20,000 bases of DNA from IMG/VR virus record IMGVR_UViG_3300043427_002205; one strand, 5' to 3'. The notes below the pieces were generated by a model, which was not told the origin of the DNA, searched no databases, and worked only from the letters and a program-made list of their open reading frames with translations. The position numbers were made by a program, and so were the translations under genes. Source of the DNA: an uncultured virus (IMG/VR IMGVR_UViG_3300043427_002205) (taxonomy: Duplodnaviria > Heunggongvirae > Uroviricota > Caudoviricetes). This document shows, piece after piece, positions 10,154 through 16,787 of this stretch. Each line of letters starts with the position of its first letter. Positions within the stretch are counted from its first letter, which is position 1.

Positions 10154-10161
10154 TATTTATC
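10154..10161 (-). promoter_or_regulatory. Late promoter variant GATAAATA
   Basis: 7/8 match to TATAAATA, 29 nt upstream of the nucleotidyltransferase start; same spacing as the other late promoters. Confidence 0.6.
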
Positions 10162-10164
10162 AAA

Positions 10165-10680
10165 TTAACTATCAAACCAACATACAAATCTGACTTTGCA
10201 CGTTGGACAAAGTTTTAAAAGACTTTCCATTATAACTATAGAACAATAAAGTCCGGTGTTTTCATATTCGCCAAATGTATAGGTAAATATAGAATTCATT
10301 GCCGACTTAGATTCAGATAATGCAAGTATGTTTCGGTCTGTTGAGCCACTAAATTCCAAGTTGGTTTTTATATATGCGGCTCTAATTAATTTAAGTTCGT
10401 CTAAAGTCAACCAAGTGGCGCTGTGAGCACCTACCCCATAATCGTCAAACTTTTCTTTACAGCACCAACTTGAAGGAAACACTGAAGAGTCTCCGTTTTT
10501 AATACACTCATCAGGAAACCCTCTTGGCGAAACTATCGGAGAAGTAGCGCCCCTAACACCGGCAATTAAAGAGAATAGCTCATAGTCTCTTCCGATGTGT
10601 AGCTCTGAGTCAGTAAATGAATTGGTGATCGTCTCACCATCATAAGCATATTCTATAAATGCGTGTATATCACACCCCAT
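10165..10680 (-). CDS. Conserved phage hypothetical protein (MGCDIH...RDY.LF..IAGVR...PRG.P...H.ATWLTL.EL...RFV.WFD family)
   Basis: Recognisable motif set of a widespread uncharacterised phage family; full-length ORF. Confidence 0.8.
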   Translation of the reverse strand: MGCDIHAFIEYAYDGETITNSFTDSELHIGRDYELFSLIAGVRGATSPIVSPRGFPDECIKNGDSSVFPSSWCCKEKFDDYGVGAHSATWLTLDELKLIRAAYIKTNLEFSGSTDRNILALSESKSAMNSIFTYTFGEYENTGLYCSIVIMESLLKLCPTCKVRFVCWFDS

Positions 10681-10692
10681 AATAATGCACCT

Positions 10693-10977
10693 TTAACTTC
10701 TAGTTAACGATAATATCTTTTTCATTTGTTCTTCGATAGCAGGCTTTCTGTTTGGCCAATAGATATACTCTTTATCAGAAGTCTTAAGCAACTTCATGAA
10801 AAAAGGAATAATCAGCTTTTCAACTTCAGACAACTTCTTCTTATATACATCAACAGTTTGTTCTGACTCAAGTATAACTGAATTATACTCTTCTTCGCTG
10901 ACAGCAGAGAACCCAAAATCGTTATCTAATGTAGAATATTCACTTAATATCTTCGATATGTCTAATGTGTCTGTCAT
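10693..10977 (-). CDS. Conserved T4-like hypothetical protein (DFGFSAV...KEYIYWPNR)
   Basis: Motifs recalled from small conserved proteins of T4-like phages; tight gene packing. Confidence 0.75.
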   Translation of the reverse strand: MTDTLDISKILSEYSTLDNDFGFSAVSEEEYNSVILESEQTVDVYKKKLSEVEKLIIPFFMKLLKTSDKEYIYWPNRKPAIEEQMKKILSLTRS

Positions 10978-10984
10978 GCTTAAC

Positions 10985-11167
10985 CTACAGTTCTATGCTT
11001 AATATATTAAAAGTTGCGGTTTTTAAATTGAAAATTTGTGATTTGGGTTTAGTTTCCTGAAGTCTAATTATAAAGTATGCCGAAATGTCATCTCTAAAAT
11101 TATAATTTGGTTTTAAATCTAAGCACAAAAAAATAAAATTTAATATAATCAAAAATGCAGATTTCAT
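10985..11167 (-). CDS. Small hypothetical protein, hydrophobic N-terminus
   Basis: Fills the gap between neighbours, with an ATGA overlap with the upstream stop; no recognisable motif. Confidence 0.4.
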   Translation of the reverse strand: MKSAFLIILNFIFLCLDLKPNYNFRDDISAYFIIRLQETKPKSQIFNLKTATFNILSIEL

Positions 11168-11493
11168 ATTGAATATACCTTTTCACCCAACTTGTCAAGT
11201 TTACCGTGAAGAGATGTGCAATACTGAGCTTCTTTTTGCCAAAAATAATCCAAGTCAATTAAAGTTTCTTGCAAAAAATAAAGAAAATGTCTAATTGTAC
11301 TAATTTCCAAATCGTTCAATTCAGCACAAGTTCTTTTATCACAATTTCGTTCGACGTTTTTTAACAACAACTTTGTTTGTTTTATATGGGTGTGATATCG
11401 TTTTCTCTTTTCTTTTAGCTCATGTATTCTAGACTTGCAACTAAAAATTCTAGCTCTAATCTCAGATGGCGATAAATTCTCGGCTATGTCCAT
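11164..11493 (-). CDS. Hypothetical coiled-coil protein
   Basis: 109-aa ORF, co-oriented and overlapping its neighbours. Confidence 0.65.
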   Translation of the reverse strand: MDIAENLSPSEIRARIFSCKSRIHELKEKRKRYHTHIKQTKLLLKNVERNCDKRTCAELNDLEISTIRHFLYFLQETLIDLDYFWQKEAQYCTSLHGKLDKLGEKVYSI

Positions 11494-12083
11494 AAAAATG
11501 CTCTAATATCAATAACGATTTTCATCATCTCGGATTCTTCATTTGCATATTCTTCTTCAATCTTTATAATTTTGTCAAATATTCTCTTCTGCTTTTTTTG
11601 AACGTACAGTTTAGAATACTTACTTTTATTCTTCATGAACGCCGTAAACCCAGAAGCATCTTCTGGACTTTTTCTATTCGGATAAGTATTTTTCCACCAA
11701 AGGTATACAGTTTTAATTTTTTGATACGCATTATTCCACGCAGCATCATTCAATTCAATATCAGCATTTTTTGCATCTTCACCACTATTGGAAATAATAT
11801 TGACATACTCATCAATATACTTTAATCCAAGATCTGCATTTCTAACTTGGGGTCTAATTGCCCAAGGCACATAACTCAAAAGTTTATTTTTATTGGTGCA
11901 AGCCTCATAATGAGCAGACAATTCAATCTCCACATAATCAACAATCAATTGCATTATTGAATGCAACAATATAGTATCTTTATCATAGTAATTGGGCGGC
12001 AAAGATTGTATTTTTACGATATTATATCTCTTAGTAGTTCTATATGCTATAAAACTTATAATCTGTTTAATATAGTAAAACAT
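11484..12083 (-). CDS. Conserved phage hypothetical protein (LLH..Q..VD.VE.E...YLWWK...P.R...IR..LWT)
   Basis: 199-aa ORF with a motif pattern recalled from large myoviruses. Confidence 0.75.
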   Translation of the reverse strand: MFYYIKQIISFIAYRTTKRYNIVKIQSLPPNYYDKDTILLHSIMQLIVDYVEIELSAHYEACTNKNKLLSYVPWAIRPQVRNADLGLKYIDEYVNIISNSGEDAKNADIELNDAAWNNAYQKIKTVYLWWKNTYPNRKSPEDASGFTAFMKNKSKYSKLYVQKKQKRIFDKIIKIEEEYANEESEMMKIVIDIRAFLWT

Positions 12084-12084
12084 A

Positions 12085-12342
12085 TTAATCTAATAAATCA
12101 TAGTCAAAATTGAACTTGTCATACGTTGAAGTTTCTATAAAGAATGCGATTTTAATAAACAACCAACTAAATTTATACTTTAGCAAATCTGGTTCATACA
12201 GCCAATCATCAGCATAGCTAGGAATTTTTATAAACAAAGGAAGTAATGTCCAGGTTCTCGGATTAATTGAAATTGAAACAATTACATTAGAATTTTTAAC
12301 TCTATATATAAAATTTTTAACACCAGTAGAAATTGAAATCAT
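12085..12342 (-). CDS. Hypothetical protein
   Basis: 85-aa ORF coupled to both neighbours (ATGA overlap upstream, 1-nt gap downstream). Confidence 0.6.
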   Translation of the reverse strand: MISISTGVKNFIYRVKNSNVIVSISINPRTWTLLPLFIKIPSYADDWLYEPDLLKYKFSWLFIKIAFFIETSTYDKFNFDYDLLD

Positions 12343-12776
12343 AGTTTTTTCGCCTCTAACTCATATCTATCAACTATAGTTAACCACTGCTTAGTGTCCA
12401 TGTCCATGCCAATAGAGCCAAACTTATCTTTATGCTCTAATATCTCTTTGACATATAATTGCTTGTCGGCATCTGAAAGGTTATTCCAAGCCATATGAAT
12501 TGACTGAACTACATAATCAACAACATAGGTTGCCCTACCCAAAGCATATCTAAATGCACAAAATAAAATCATATCATAATTTGCTGGACCAGATTTATCT
12601 TCACTAGGTTTATTTACCATCTGAAGCACAACATTTATAAACTCTCTAGCAGCCTCAGTTAATGTAACATCATGGGCAATTACTACATCAAAAGTATCGT
12701 CTTTAGGTATTATTCTAAGATACTCTTTTGCTGGTCGAGACCCAATAACTTTAAATTTAGAATACTCTTCGCTCAT
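12339..12776 (-). CDS. Hypothetical protein with a C-terminal AFRYALGR.TY phage domain
   Basis: 145-aa ORF; AFRYALGRATYVV is a recurrent motif of small phage proteins. Confidence 0.72.
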   Translation of the reverse strand: MSEEYSKFKVIGSRPAKEYLRIIPKDDTFDVVIAHDVTLTEAAREFINVVLQMVNKPSEDKSGPANYDMILFCAFRYALGRATYVVDYVVQSIHMAWNNLSDADKQLYVKEILEHKDKFGSIGMDMDTKQWLTIVDRYELEAKKL

Positions 12777-12801
12777 ATTGAATAGCCAACTTAGTTAGGT
12801 T

Positions 12802-12874
12802 TGTCTCCAAGGGAAATCGAATCCCTGTTCCCTCCGTGAAAGGGAGGTGTCCTAGGCCGCTAGACGATGGAGAC
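12802..12874 (-). tRNA. tRNA-Glu (UUC), CCA not encoded
   Basis: Acceptor GTCTCCA/TGGAGAC, anticodon arm CCTCC-CT TTC AC-GGAGG, T-loop TTCGATT. Confidence 0.95.
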
Positions 12875-12925
12875 AAATAAATTAAAATAATCCTCTTAAT
12901 AAAATATTTAACACTTATAATTAAT

Positions 12926-13288
12926 TTACTTCGTATATGTAATCGTGTCTAGACCATCTGTAGTAAATTCAATTTTAGTTGGCGGTACCATTTGTTGAAC
13001 ATCTAAGTTTATTGCAGAAGAGTTCTCATTAGAATTGTTTGCAATAAAAGCTACGCCCGCACCAACAATCAATAAAAGCACCACAAAAAGTTGCATTACA
13101 TTAGAATATAGCTTAACCTGTTTACTATGGCGTTTAGTCACTTCTCTATGACAAGCCATAAAGCCCAGTCTAGCCATAGCCATATATGTAGCTAGTTCAG
13201 ACGGCTTAGACTTTTCATGCTCAGGCAGCTCGCTTTCATCAAAAGTCTCTCGCAACCACTCTTCGCACAACTCTTCAATCGTTTTCAT
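12926..13288 (-). CDS. Membrane-anchored hypothetical protein; N-terminal ~47 aa paralogous to those of 13646-14164
   Basis: Start moved to ATG 13288 (GGGG-AATAAA-ATG; ATGA overlap with the upstream stop). One transmembrane segment, LFVVLLLIVGAGVAFIA. Confidence 0.75.
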   Translation of the reverse strand: MKTIEELCEEWLRETFDESELPEHEKSKPSELATYMAMARLGFMACHREVTKRHSKQVKLYSNVMQLFVVLLLIVGAGVAFIANNSNENSSAINLDVQQMVPPTKIEFTTDGLDTITYTK

Positions 13289-13623
13289 TTTATTCCCCAC
13301 ATATTGTCACCGATAAACCGTTCACAATTTACTCCACCAGTGCAATTTCTTTTTCCATCAGAAGAGCCGCCACACTCGGCTATTCCATGCCCAGTATCAG
13401 TTCCGTTTATGTCACCAAACCCGCTGCCAGAGCCATAACCGTGACCGTTGATGCCACACCCACCATCACCATAATTTCCTTGTTGGCCAAACCCGTAGCC
13501 ATAATCATCATCGCTATTTGAACAATCTGGTTGACATCTCGTATCTGGATCAACGGCTTCTGCCTCACGAGCCATACTCTCGGACATTCTTTGTTCAAGA
13601 CTTCGTGTAATTGCTTTTTTCAT
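13285..13623 (-). CDS. Gly-rich (GYG/GDG/GSG) low-complexity protein
   Basis: YGYGFG...GDGGCG..GHGYGSGSGFGD..G pattern, directly downstream of the DUF6948-like gene. Confidence 0.65.
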   Translation of the reverse strand: MKKAITRSLEQRMSESMAREAEAVDPDTRCQPDCSNSDDDYGYGFGQQGNYGDGGCGINGHGYGSGSGFGDINGTDTGHGIAECGGSSDGKRNCTGGVNCERFIGDNMWGIK

Positions 13624-13645
13624 ACTCTATGAAATCATTCTAAAG

Positions 13646-14164
13646 TTAGGCTTTCCACTCAGGCACACCCAAAATACAGTTTACCGCTTTTGGTGTGCAT
13701 GGTATAATCTCAATGGCTTCGGTCAAAATCATTTTTGGCACCGTTACGCTAAATTTACACAAATTTGGCTTAGTAACTCCATCAACTGCCAGTTGAGAAA
13801 GAGTTGCAGCACCTTCCCAATACCAAATACGCCTTGCATCTTTTAACCAAACCTCTTTGCCTTCTCGCTTGGTTAATATACCAAAATGAACTCCAGCCGA
13901 GTATGCTCTAATTAAAACATACTCAGATCCCGTAATCTTTTCTTCGCTGCATACATCATACGGAAAATTTTGCAAAGTTTCGACTCTTTTCTCAACGTCT
14001 TTCAGTTTAGCTTCGTACAATGTATGACAAGCCATAAAGCCAAGTCTAGCCATAACTTTATATGTAGCCAAATCAGATGGCCTAGTTTTTTCGTGTTCGG
14101 GCAACTCGCTCTGATCAAAAGTATCTTGCAACCACTCTTCACATAGTTCTTCAGCCGTTTTCAT
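13646..14164 (-). CDS. Fusion of the duplicated N-terminal domain and a DUF6948-like domain
   Basis: Start moved to ATG 14164 (GGAG-AATAAA-ATG). The C-terminal YVLIRAYSAGVHFGIL...LKDARRIWYWEGAATLSQLAVDGV...LTEAIEIIPCT is a widespread phage domain; the DUF number is from memory. Confidence 0.8.
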   Translation of the reverse strand: MKTAEELCEEWLQDTFDQSELPEHEKTRPSDLATYKVMARLGFMACHTLYEAKLKDVEKRVETLQNFPYDVCSEEKITGSEYVLIRAYSAGVHFGILTKREGKEVWLKDARRIWYWEGAATLSQLAVDGVTKPNLCKFSVTVPKMILTEAIEIIPCTPKAVNCILGVPEWKA

Positions 14165-14165
14165 T

Positions 14166-14456
14166 TTATTCTCCATCACAAATTTTATTAGCCTGAGCTT
14201 CGCTAGAGCCCGCTTCACCACTCAGTCTATCATACTCTTTAGATTTAGTCAAGGTCTTTTCCCACACCTCATCAAAGCTAACATTAACACTAAAGCCAGC
14301 CTTGAGCTTTTGCTCACGCCGCCAAGACTCACTTCGGTGAATGTTCTCGGCTTGTTCTCTAACCAATTTTTTAAGTCTAAACAACTCTAAAGCATATGCA
14401 CTAAGAGCTTCTTTAACTTCATCTAGTTCTACTTCGTTCCAGTCAATGTCAATCAT
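14166..14456 (-). CDS. Hypothetical protein
   Basis: 96-aa ORF tightly coupled to its neighbours. Confidence 0.7.
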   Translation of the reverse strand: MIDIDWNEVELDEVKEALSAYALELFRLKKLVREQAENIHRSESWRREQKLKAGFSVNVSFDEVWEKTLTKSKEYDRLSGEAGSSEAQANKICDGE

Positions 14457-14457
14457 A

Positions 14458-14586
14458 TTAACACGAAGCCAACTTTATAACTTTTACAATGAAAAATATG
14501 CCGATTAGCTTAACCATTAGCCAAACAAGCAAGATAAACAATATACTACCAATAATAACAATCAAATCTTTTGTATCTTTATTCAT
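14458..14586 (-). CDS. Small membrane protein (42 aa), not in the ORF track
   Basis: MNKDTKDLIVIIGSILFILLVWLMVKLIGIFFIVKVIKLASC*; ATGA overlap with the upstream stop and a 1-nt gap to the next ATG. Confidence 0.65.
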   Translation of the reverse strand: MNKDTKDLIVIIGSILFILLVWLMVKLIGIFFIVKVIKLASC

Positions 14587-14807
14587 ATTCTAATCTCAAT
14601 TCTATTATTCACTATTGTTACTTGAGAAGAAGGTATTTTGTATCGTGACACTATATAGTTTTTAACTCTATTTTTCTTTTCTTCTGTCGCATCAAAATCA
14701 AGCTCTATGAGAGAATACCCAATTCGACGCCGATATTGCCTAATTAAGCCACCGTAATATGCCTCAATTAGTTCATGTTGCAACTCAATAGGAAGCGACA
14801 TATTCAA
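14583..14807 (-). CDS. Hypothetical protein
   Basis: 74-aa ORF overlapping both neighbours; the start may be ATG 14801. Confidence 0.6.
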   Translation of the reverse strand: MNMSLPIELQHELIEAYYGGLIRQYRRRIGYSLIELDFDATEEKKNRVKNYIVSRYKIPSSQVTIVNNRIEIRI

Positions 14808-15001
14808 CTCTCAGACGTTTCTTCTTCATAAACCAAACTCAATTCTTCATATGAACCAAGTTCGCCTCCTCGTCTTAGATAGTCTTTGCCGCCGTCTACA
14901 AAAACCGACTCGCATGAGCAATATTTAAAATCATGTCTATCAACACTCTCTATAATATCTTTACAATATAGACATTTAATTTTATTAGATATAATCTTCA
15001 T
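14804..15001 (-). CDS. Small Cys4 zinc-ribbon protein (DUF7695-like)
   Basis: IISNKIKCLYCKDIIES..RHDFK.CSC..V.VDGG.DYLRR; the DUF number is from memory. Confidence 0.8.
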   Translation of the reverse strand: MKIISNKIKCLYCKDIIESVDRHDFKYCSCESVFVDGGKDYLRRGGELGSYEELSLVYEEETSES

Positions 15002-15180
15002 AGGCCCAAGTGAAGTTTTAAAAGTTTTGCAAAATCTTTAGGATCTCGAACTTTAACAAATATCAACAATATGAATAGACATAAAACAAAATTATGTATA
15101 CTTATATCATTTGGTATTTTTACATCTAAGCCGGTATCAGATTTTTGCAGATTTAAAATAACATCTTTACGAGTAATCAT
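14998..15180 (-). CDS. Small membrane protein
   Basis: 60 aa with one hydrophobic stretch; ATGA coupling downstream and a promoter directly upstream. Confidence 0.55.
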   Translation of the reverse strand: MITRKDVILNLQKSDTGLDVKIPNDISIHNFVLCLFILLIFVKVRDPKDFAKLLKLHLGL

Positions 15181-15186
15181 TAACTA

Positions 15187-15215
15187 AACATACTATAAAA
15201 GATGAAGCATGTCAA
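15187..15215 (-). promoter_or_regulatory. Sigma70-like promoter TTGACA-N17-TATGTT
   Basis: Perfect -35 at 15215-15210 and a -10 at 15192-15187, in an intergenic gap. Confidence 0.6.
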
Positions 15216-15264
15216 TTAATTTTTTGAGACGTGGTGAAATAAATATCCGGGCAAAAGAAATCGG

Positions 15265-15855
15265 TTAGTTATTTTCTGCTCCACAAACTTTCCAGAGGTA
15301 TTCTTTCTTGTCTGCAATTATTATGAAGTATCTACTTAGAGCAAACAATAGATCACTAAGTCTGTTCACGTAGATTAGAGTGTTGCTTGACAAATCTGTT
15401 TCAACAGATTTTAGAGCCCATAGGTTACGCTCAACTCTTCTACATACGGCTCTTGCAATATGTAGAAATGCGTTTAGCTCGCTGCCGCCAGGCAATACAA
15501 ATGATTTTAATTCTGGCACGACATCGACCATCTCATCAATTGCATTCTCTAAAAAGCTGATGTGGGTCTCATTTATAAAGTCAAGTTTGGTTCTATACTC
15601 GTCACCACTTTCAGTTGCAATATATGCGCCAATATCAAACAAGTCATTTTGAATTTTAGCCATTATAGAAACAATGTTGGGTCGATATTCACTAAGCTCA
15701 ATTTTAGTTCTAACTAGACCAAGATGAGCATTAAGTTCATCAAGTTCACCAACGCAACACATCTTCAATGATTGCTTTTCAATCATTGAGCCGCCGACCA
15801 TATGTGTTTTTCCGGCATCGCCATTCTTAGTATAAATTTTATTGATTTTTACCAT
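15265..15855 (-). CDS. pduO: ATP:cob(I)alamin adenosyltransferase, PduO type
   Basis: KIYTKNGDAGKT ATP-binding motif, GELDELNAHLG, IQNDLFDIGA, LKSFVLPGG, LHIARAVCRRVER and YVNRLSDLLF; start set at ATG 15855. Confidence 0.95.
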   Translation of the reverse strand: MVKINKIYTKNGDAGKTHMVGGSMIEKQSLKMCCVGELDELNAHLGLVRTKIELSEYRPNIVSIMAKIQNDLFDIGAYIATESGDEYRTKLDFINETHISFLENAIDEMVDVVPELKSFVLPGGSELNAFLHIARAVCRRVERNLWALKSVETDLSSNTLIYVNRLSDLLFALSRYFIIIADKKEYLWKVCGAENN

Positions 15856-15883
15856 AACAAACAATTATAAACTATTATAGCGA

Positions 15884-15891
15884 TATTTATA
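15884..15891 (-). promoter_or_regulatory. T4-type late promoter TATAAATA upstream of pduO
   Basis: Exact motif 29 nt upstream of ATG 15855. Confidence 0.65.
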
Positions 15892-15898
15892 CAGATAA

Positions 15899-15976
15899 TG
15901 GCGCACCTAGCAAGACTCGAACTTGCGACTTCTTCCTTAGAAGGGAAGTGCTCTAATCCAACTGAGCTATAGGTGC
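15899..15976 (-). tRNA. tRNA-Arg (UCU), CCA encoded
   Basis: Acceptor GCACCTA/TAGGTGC-G-CCA, anticodon arm CTTCC-CT TCT AA-GGAAG, A20 identity element in the D-loop. Confidence 0.95.
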
Positions 15977-15984
15977 GTGTGTAT

Positions 15985-16057
15985 TGGGTCCAGTGAGACT
16001 TGAACTCACAACCTGCGCCTTAAAAGGGCGTTATTCTACCAGTTGAATTATGAACCC
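15985..16057 (-). tRNA. tRNA-Lys (UUU), CCA not encoded
   Basis: Acceptor GGGTTCA/TGGACCC, anticodon arm ACGCC-CT TTT AA-GGCGC, T arm GTGAG-TTCAAGT-CTCAC. Confidence 0.92.
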
Positions 16058-16066
16058 ACAGATTAA

Positions 16067-16153
16067 TGGTGGGGAATGAGGGAATCGAACCCCCTTGCGC
16101 AAAAGCGCATCAGGTTTACAGCCTGACGTCAATTCCAGTATGACCTATTCCCC
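16067..16153 (-). tRNA. tRNA-Tyr (GUA), long variable arm, CCA encoded
   Basis: Acceptor GGGGAAT/ATTCCCC-A-CCA, anticodon arm TCAGG-CT GTA AA-CCTGA, variable arm TGCGC-TTTT-GCGCA. Confidence 0.92.
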
Positions 16154-16158
16154 ATAAA

Positions 16159-16183
16159 TTGAGATGTCAACTTGACACCTCAA
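16159..16183 (-). other. Stem-loop just 5' of the tRNA cluster (processing/stabilising hairpin or weak terminator)
   Basis: TTGAGGTGTCA-AGT-TGACATCTCAA (one G-U pair) followed by TTTAT and then tRNA-Tyr. Confidence 0.55.
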
Positions 16184-16190
16184 ACAAAAA

Positions 16191-16433
16191 TTACTTGGCA
16201 CGAAGGCTTTTAAGGTAGTAAAACATGCATACTGCATCAACAAGAAGTCCGATTGAGTAGGCAAGAATAGTACCAAAAAATATATCGAGAGCAAAATACT
16301 GCCAACTAAACTCACCAGAGTAAGTAAGAAAGCTAGAACAATTGCCAAAAAACACAACTGCAATTAAAGATATGACAATACCCAAAGTATATCCGATCCA
16401 GCGATTCAAGAACAAAAATGTAGTCATACTCAC
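16191..16433 (-). CDS. Small membrane protein with two TM segments
   Basis: Two hydrophobic segments and a basic tail; coupled to the upstream ORF by a GTGA overlap. Confidence 0.6.
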   Translation of the reverse strand: MSMTTFLFLNRWIGYTLGIVISLIAVVFFGNCSSFLTYSGEFSWQYFALDIFFGTILAYSIGLLVDAVCMFYYLKSLRAK

Positions 16434-16576
16434 CTATATAATTTAAATTTATTTCTCATTCGTTGCAATCTTCGTTTTCGTTTAGCACTCAACCTTCTAT
16501 CAATACTTAGAAGTTTAAGCCCACACGCAACAGCAAAACCGCCCAACAATATATACAGTATATCAAAACTAATCAT
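16430..16576 (-). CDS. Small membrane protein with a highly basic tail (48 aa), not in the ORF track
   Basis: MISFDILYILLGGFAVACGLKLLSIDRRLSAKRKRRLQRMRNKFKLYR*; exactly fills the gap, overlapping both neighbours. Confidence 0.6.
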   Translation of the reverse strand: MISFDILYILLGGFAVACGLKLLSIDRRLSAKRKRRLQRMRNKFKLYR

Positions 16577-16784
16577 TTGTCAACACTGAAATTGCAGGCA
16601 GCCGAGTTTCACTAAGTTCTTCAATATTATTCATATCACCATACCTACGAAGTTCTTTAAGACCACCATCAACAGAAGTTTTACCGCAACCACAGATATT
16701 CAAATGAAAGTCGCTTTGACTTTCAATTATCCAGTTGCAGATGCGGCACTTAACTTTATTAGAAATGATATTTGAGGCTGGCAT
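16569..16784 (-). CDS. Small Cys4 zinc-ribbon protein, paralog of 14804-15001
   Basis: IISNKVKCRICNWIIES...CGCGK.SVDGG...LRRYG....EELS. Confidence 0.78.
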   Translation of the reverse strand: MPASNIISNKVKCRICNWIIESQSDFHLNICGCGKTSVDGGLKELRRYGDMNNIEELSETRLPAISVLTND

Positions 16785-16787
16785 GAA

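Noticed and set aside
13147..14175. Diversity-generating retroelement TR/VR pair
   Set aside because: The differences are not adenine-specific, many are synonymous, they lie at N-termini, and no reverse transcriptase is in the window.
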